From Utricularia gibba (taxonomy: Eukaryota; Plantae; Magnoliophyta), in contig NEEC01000408.1 of assembly GCA_002189035.1 (NCBI GenBank), positions 1 through 19,242 of the forward strand: 19,242 nucleotides of DNA, written 5' to 3'. Shown in pieces: positions 13,793 through 19,242 of the stretch. Position 1 is the first letter of the stretch; every line of letters starts with the position of its first letter. The notes beneath the pieces were generated by a model. The model worked only from the letters and a program-made list of their open reading frames with translations, was not told the DNA's origin and made no database searches. The translations under genes and the position numbers were made by a program.

Positions 13793-16700
13793 TAAGTGAT
13801 GCCACGAAATTCATGATGTAGCATGTGACTTTTTTCCAACTTGATCGCATAGTAGATGAATTCTGACACCATATGTTTTGGCTTTTGATTGATGCATTTA
13901 GTTGCTATGATACTTCTGATTCTTGATGCACCATTCCCGTATACCATGTCTCTAGTGGCTATTTGATTCTTTTGCCTTGTATGTTGTTCGCATCAATTTC
14001 GAGAACATGAAGCACATTATTAAATGCAGTCACCACGGAATGCCACGTGAGACACTTTTCGTTGTGGCTTGTTTTTAATATGTCCACAGTTATCGGACAA
14101 ACGTAACTCCAAATTATAATACTTGGAGCTCGAAAAGGGCTTCCCAACAGTGTGCTATGAAGAGCAAGGATCTGCATGTTATGCAAGAGGTGCTTCGCGG
14201 ACCAGGATGTGCGACGTAGTCATTTCATTGCGCATCATCATTCGGGGTGCATCCTAAAAATCACACGTGCACGGGATTCATTAAAAATAAATATTTACGC
14301 ATATCCAGAGTGTATAACAGTGTTGGGATAAGTGATGCCACGAAATTCATGATGTAGCATGTGACTTTTTTCCAACTTGATCGCATAGTAGATGAATTCT
14401 GACACCATATGTTTTGGCTTTGATTGATGCATTTAGTTGCTATGATACTTCTGATTCTTGATGCCCCCGTATACCATGTCTCTAGTGGCTATTTGATTCT
14501 TTTGCCTTGTATGTTGTTCGCATCAATTTCGAGAACATGAAGCACATTATTAAATGCAGTCACCACGGAATGCCACGTGAGACACTTTTCGTTGTGGCTT
14601 GTTTTTAATATGTCCACAGTTATCGGACAAACGTAACTCCAAATTATAATACTTGGAGCTCGAAAAGGGCTTCCCAACAGTGTGCTATGAAGAGCAAGGA
14701 TCTGCATGTTATGCAAGAGGTGCTTCGCGGACCAGGATGTGCGACGTAGTCATTTCATTGCGCATCATCATTCGGGGTGCATCCTAAAAATCACACGTGC
14801 ACGGGATTCATTAAAAATAAATATTTACGCATATCCAGAGTATATAACAGTGTTGGGATAAGTGATGCCACGAAATTCATGATGTAGCATGTGACTTTTT
14901 TCCAACTTGATCGCATAGTAGATGAATTCTGACACCATATGTTTTGGCTTTTGATTGATGCATTTAGTTGCTATGATACTTCTGATTCTTGATGCACCAT
15001 TCCCGTATACCATGTCTCTAGTGGCTATTTGATTCTTTTGCCTTGTATGTTGTTCGCATCAATTTCGAGAACATGAAGCACATTATTAAATGCAGTCACC
15101 ACGGAATGCCACGTGAGACACTTTTCGTTGTGGCTTTTTTTAATATGTCCACAGTTATCGGACAAACGTAACTCCAAATTATAATACTTGGAGCTCGAAA
15201 AGGGCTTCCCAACACTGTGCTATGAAGAGCAAGGATCTGCATGTTATGCAAGAGGTGCTTCGCGGACCAGGATGTGCGACGTAGTCATTTCATTGCGCAT
15301 CATCATTCGGGGTGCATCCTAAAAATCACACGTGCACGGGATTCATTAAAAATAAATATTTACGCATATCCAGAGTGTATAACAGTGTTGGGATAAGTGA
15401 TGCCACGAAATTCATGATGTAGCATGTGACTTTTTTCCAACTTGATCGCATAGTAGATGAATTCTGACACCATATGTTTTGGCTTTTGATTGATGCATTT
15501 AGTTGCTATGATACTTCTGATTCTTGATGCACCATTCCCGTATACCATGTCTCTAGTGGCTATTTGATTCTTTTGCCTTGTATGTTGTTCGCATCAATTT
15601 CGAGAACATGAAGCACATTATTAAATGCAGTCACCACGGAATGCCACGTGAGACACTTTTCGTTGTGGCTTGTTTTTAATATGTCCACAGTTATCGGACA
15701 AACGTAACTCCAAATTATAATACTTGGAGCTCGAAAAGGGCTTCCCAACAGTGTGCTATGAAGAGCAAGGATCTGCATGTTATGCAAGAGGTGCTTCGCG
15801 GACCAGGATGTGCGACGTAGTCATTTCATTGCGCATCATCATTCGGGGTGCATCCTAAAAATCACACGTGCACGGGATTCATTAAAAATAAATATTTACG
15901 CATATCCAGAGTGTATAACAGTGTTGGGATAAGTGATGCCACGAAATTCATGATGTAGCATGTGACTTTTTTCCAACTTGATCGCATAGTAGATGAATTC
16001 TGACACCATATGTTTTGGCTTTTGATTGATGCATTTAGTTGCTATGATACTTCTGATTCTTGATGCACCATTCCCGTATACCATGTCTCTAGTGGCTATT
16101 TGATTCTTTTGCCTTGTATGTTGTTCGCATCAATTTCGAGAACATGAAGCACATTATTAAATGCAGTCACCACGGAATGCCACGTGAGACACTTTTCGTT
16201 GTGGCTTTTTTAATATGTCCACAGTTATCGGACAAACGTAACTCCAAATTATAATACTTGGAGCTCGAAAAGGGCTTCCCAACAGTGTGCTATGAAGAGC
16301 AAGGATCTGCATGTTATGCAAGAGGTGCTTCGCGGACCAGGATGTGCGACGTAGTCATTTCATTGCGCATCATCATTCGGGGTGCATCCTAAAAATCACA
16401 CGTGCACGGGATTCATTAAAAATAAATATTTACGCATATCCAGAGTGTATAACAGTGTTGGGATAAGTGATGCCACGAAATTCATGATGTAGCATGTGAC
16501 TTTTTTCCAACTTGATCGCATAGTAGATGAATTCTGACACCATATGTTTTGGCTTTTGATTGATGCATTTAGTTGCTATGATACTTCTGATTCTTGATGC
16601 ACCATTCCCGTATACCATGTCTCTAGTGGCTATTTGATTCTTTTGCCTTGTATGTTGTTCGCATCAATTTCGAGAACATGAAGCACATTATTAAATGCAG

Positions 16701-19224
16701 TCACCACGGAATGCCACGTGAGACACTTTTCGTTGTGGCTTGTTTTTAATATGTCCACAGTTATCGGACAAACGTAACTCCAAATTATAATACTTGGAGC
16801 TCGAAAAGGGCTTCCCAACAGTGTGCTATGAAGAGCAAGGATCTGCATGTTATGCAAGAGGTGCTTCGCGGACCAGGATGTGCGACGTAGTCATTTCATT
16901 GCGCATCATCATTCGGGGTGCATCCTAAAAATCACACGTGCACGGGATTCATTAAAAATAAATATTTACGCATATCCAGAGTATATAACAGTGTTGGGAT
17001 AAGTGATGCCACGAAATTCATGATGTAGCATGTGACTTTTTTCCAACTTGATCGCATAGTAGATGAATTCTGACACCATATGTTTTGGCTTTTGATTGAT
17101 GCATTTAGTTGCTATGATACTTCTGATTCTTGATGCACCATTCCCGTATACCATGTCTCTAGTGGCTATTTGATTCTTTTGCCTTGTATGTTGTTCGCAT
17201 CAATTTCGAGAACATGAAGCACATTATTAAATGCAGTCACCACGGAATGCCACGTGAGACACTTTTCGTTGTGGCTTTTTTTAATATGTCCACAGTTATC
17301 GGACAAACGTAACTCCAAATTATAATACTTGGAGCTCGAAAAGGGCTTCCCAACAGTGTGCTATGAAGAGCAAGGATCTGCATGTTATGCAAGAGGTGCT
17401 TCGCGGACCAGGATGTGCGACGTAGTCATTTCATTGCGCATCATCATTCGGGGTGCATCCTAAAAATCACACGTGCACGGGATTCATTAAAAATAAATAT
17501 TTACGCATATCCAGAGTGTATAACAGTGTTGGGATAAGTGATGCCACGAAATTCATGATGTAGCATGTGACTTTTTTCCAACTTGATCGCATAGTAGATG
17601 AATTCTGACACCATATGTTTTGGCTTTGATTGATGCATTTAGTTGCTATGATACTTCTGATTCTTGATGCACCATTCCCGTATACCATGTCTCTAGTGGC
17701 TATTTGATTCTTTTGCCTTGTATGTTGTTCGCATCAATTTCGAGAACATGAAGCACATTATTAAATGCAGTCACCACGGAATGCCACGTGAGACACTTTT
17801 CGTTGTGGCTTGTTTTTAATATGTCCACAGTTATCGGACAAACGTAACTCCAAATTATAATACTTGGAGCTCGAAAAGGGCTTCCCAACAGTGTGCTATG
17901 AAGAGCAAGGATCTGCATGTTATGCAAGAGGTGCTTCGCGGACCAGGATGTGCGACGTAGTCATTTCATTGCGCATCATCATTCGGGGTGCATCCTAAAA
18001 ATCACACGTGCACCGGATTCATTAAAAATAAATATTTACGCATATCCAGAGTGTATAACAGTGTTGGGATAAGTGATGCCACGAAATTCATGATGTAGCA
18101 TGTGACTTTTTTCCAACTTGATCGCATAGTAGATGAATTCTGACACCATATGTTTTGGCTTTTGATTGATGCATTTAGTTGCTATGATACTTCTGATTCT
18201 TGATGCACCATTCCCGTATACCATGTCTCTAGTGGCTATTTGATTCTTTTGCCTTGTATGTTGTTCGCATCAATTTCGAGAACATGAAGCACATTATTAA
18301 ATGCAGTCACCACGGAATGCCACGTGAGACACTTTTCGTTGTGGCTTTTTTTAATATGTCCACAGTTATCGGACAAACGTAACTCCAAATTATAATACTT
18401 GGAGCTCGAAAAGGGCTTCCCAACACTGTGCTATGAAGAGCAAGGATCTGCATGTTATGCAAGAGGTGCTTCGCGGACCAGGATGTGCGACGTAGTCATT
18501 TCATTGCGCATCATCATTCGGGGTGCATCCTAAAAATCACACGTGCACCGGATTCATTAAAAATAAATATTTACGCATATCCAGAGTGTATAACAGTGTT
18601 GGGATAAGTGATGCCACGAAATTCATGATGTAGCATGTGACTTTTTTCCAACTTGATCGCATAGTAGATGAATTCTGACACCATATGTTTTGGCTTTTGA
18701 TTGATGCATTTAGTTGCTATGATACTTCTGATTCTTGATGCACCATTCCCGTATACCATGTCTCTAGTGGCTATTTGATTCTTTTGCCTTGTATGTTGTT
18801 CGCATCAATTTCGAGAACATGAAGCACATTATTAAATGCAGTCACCACGGAATGCCACGTGAGACACTTTTCGTTGTGGCTTGTTTTTAATATGTCCACA
18901 GTTCGGACAAACGTAACTCCAAATTATAATACTTGGAGCTCGAAAAGGGCTTCCCAACACTGTGCTATGAAGAGCAAGGATCTGCATGTTATGCAAGAGG
19001 TGCTTCGCGGACCAGGATGTGCGACGTAGTCATTTCATTGCGCATCATCATTCGGGGTGCATCCTAAAAATCACACGTGCACGGGATTCATTAAAAATAA
19101 ATATTTACGCATATCCAGAGTGTATAACAGTGTTGGGATAAGTGATGCCACGAAATTCATGATGTAGCATGTGACTTTTTTCCAACTTGATCGCATAGTA
19201 GATGAATTCTGACACCATATGTTT

Positions 19225-19242
19225 TGGCTTTTGATTGATGCA
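19225..19242. repeat. Partial 37th monomer (18 bp); the array is truncated by the window edge
   Basis: TGGCTTTTGATTGATGCA is identical to positions 1-18. No junction with unique DNA is seen at either end. Confidence 0.9.

Larger units (their letters stand above)
13343..13878. repeat. Representative full-length consensus monomer (unit 26, 536 bp, ~40.5% GC)
   Basis: Anchor-to-anchor distance is exactly 536 bp, and this copy carries the majority allele at every variable site I checked. It has single EcoRI (GAATTC, 13858), SacI (GAGCTC, 13590), NsiI (ATGCAT, 13356) and NdeI (CATATG, 13870) sites. Phase is arbitrary and set by the window start. Confidence 0.93.
1..19242. repeat. Tandem array (satellite-like): 36 complete head-to-tail copies plus 18 bp of a 536-bp consensus monomer
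   Basis: The anchor TGGCTTT(T)GATTGATGCA recurs at 1, 532, ... 13343, 13879, ... 19225. (19225-1)/36 = 534.0 bp mean period. The same ORFs recur every ~530-536 bp in the ORF track. All copies have the same orientation, with no intervening unique sequence. Confidence 0.98.

Noticed and set aside
13796-13866. Box C/D snoRNA (GTGATGC or ATGATGT ... CTGA)
   Set aside because: The C boxes are imperfect, there is no terminal stem, and I recognise no rRNA-complementary guide.
13343-13878. Monomer as a trimer of a ~178-bp centromeric-type unit (536/3 = 178.7)
   Set aside because: Internal 8-mer repeats have offsets of 34, 47, 170, 250 and 295 bp, not ~179 or ~357, so no trimeric substructure is visible.
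13759-13947. Repeated 62/73/75 aa minus-strand ORF (MVYGNGASRI...) as a CDS
   Set aside because: The C-terminal frame flips with the T3/T4 homopolymer state. There is no recognisable family or convincing ribosome-binding site, and the length is at chance level.
1-19242. Concatemer encoding a never-ending ORF, as for DRT2/neo-type cDNA
   Set aside because: 536 is not a multiple of 3, and the ORF track shows no frame staying open across repeat units.
1-19242. CRISPR array
   Set aside because: The entire unit is repeated; there is no short repeat alternating with unique spacers.
19225-19242. Identical first and last 18 bp as the terminal overlap of a circular contig
   Set aside because: Any window cut from a tandem array shows such an overlap, so it is not independent evidence of circularity.

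Overview
The whole window is one head-to-tail tandem array: 36 complete copies plus 18 bp of a 536-bp consensus monomer. The monomer is about 40.5% GC by hand count, and the mean observed period is 534 bp. Copies are roughly 99% identical. There is no credible protein-coding gene, rRNA, tRNA, CRISPR array or transposase. The repeated 62/73/75-aa ORFs are chance-length frames that recur once per monomer and are broken by indels between copies. The most likely reading is a satellite DNA array from a genome without strong CpG depletion. A rolling-circle or amplification concatemer of a small circle cannot be excluded from the sequence alone. Most copy-to-copy differences are short deletions in homopolymers or dinucleotides, as expected from long-read error. 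A few variants recur non-randomly, in alternate monomers, which points to a cryptic ~1.07-kb dimeric higher-order repeat. I found no complete novel gene system; the best leads are this hidden dimer phasing, the identity of the monomer, and a few motif and hairpin features inside it. Unit 26 (13343-13878) is the full consensus and is used as the reference (window position = consensus position + 13342).
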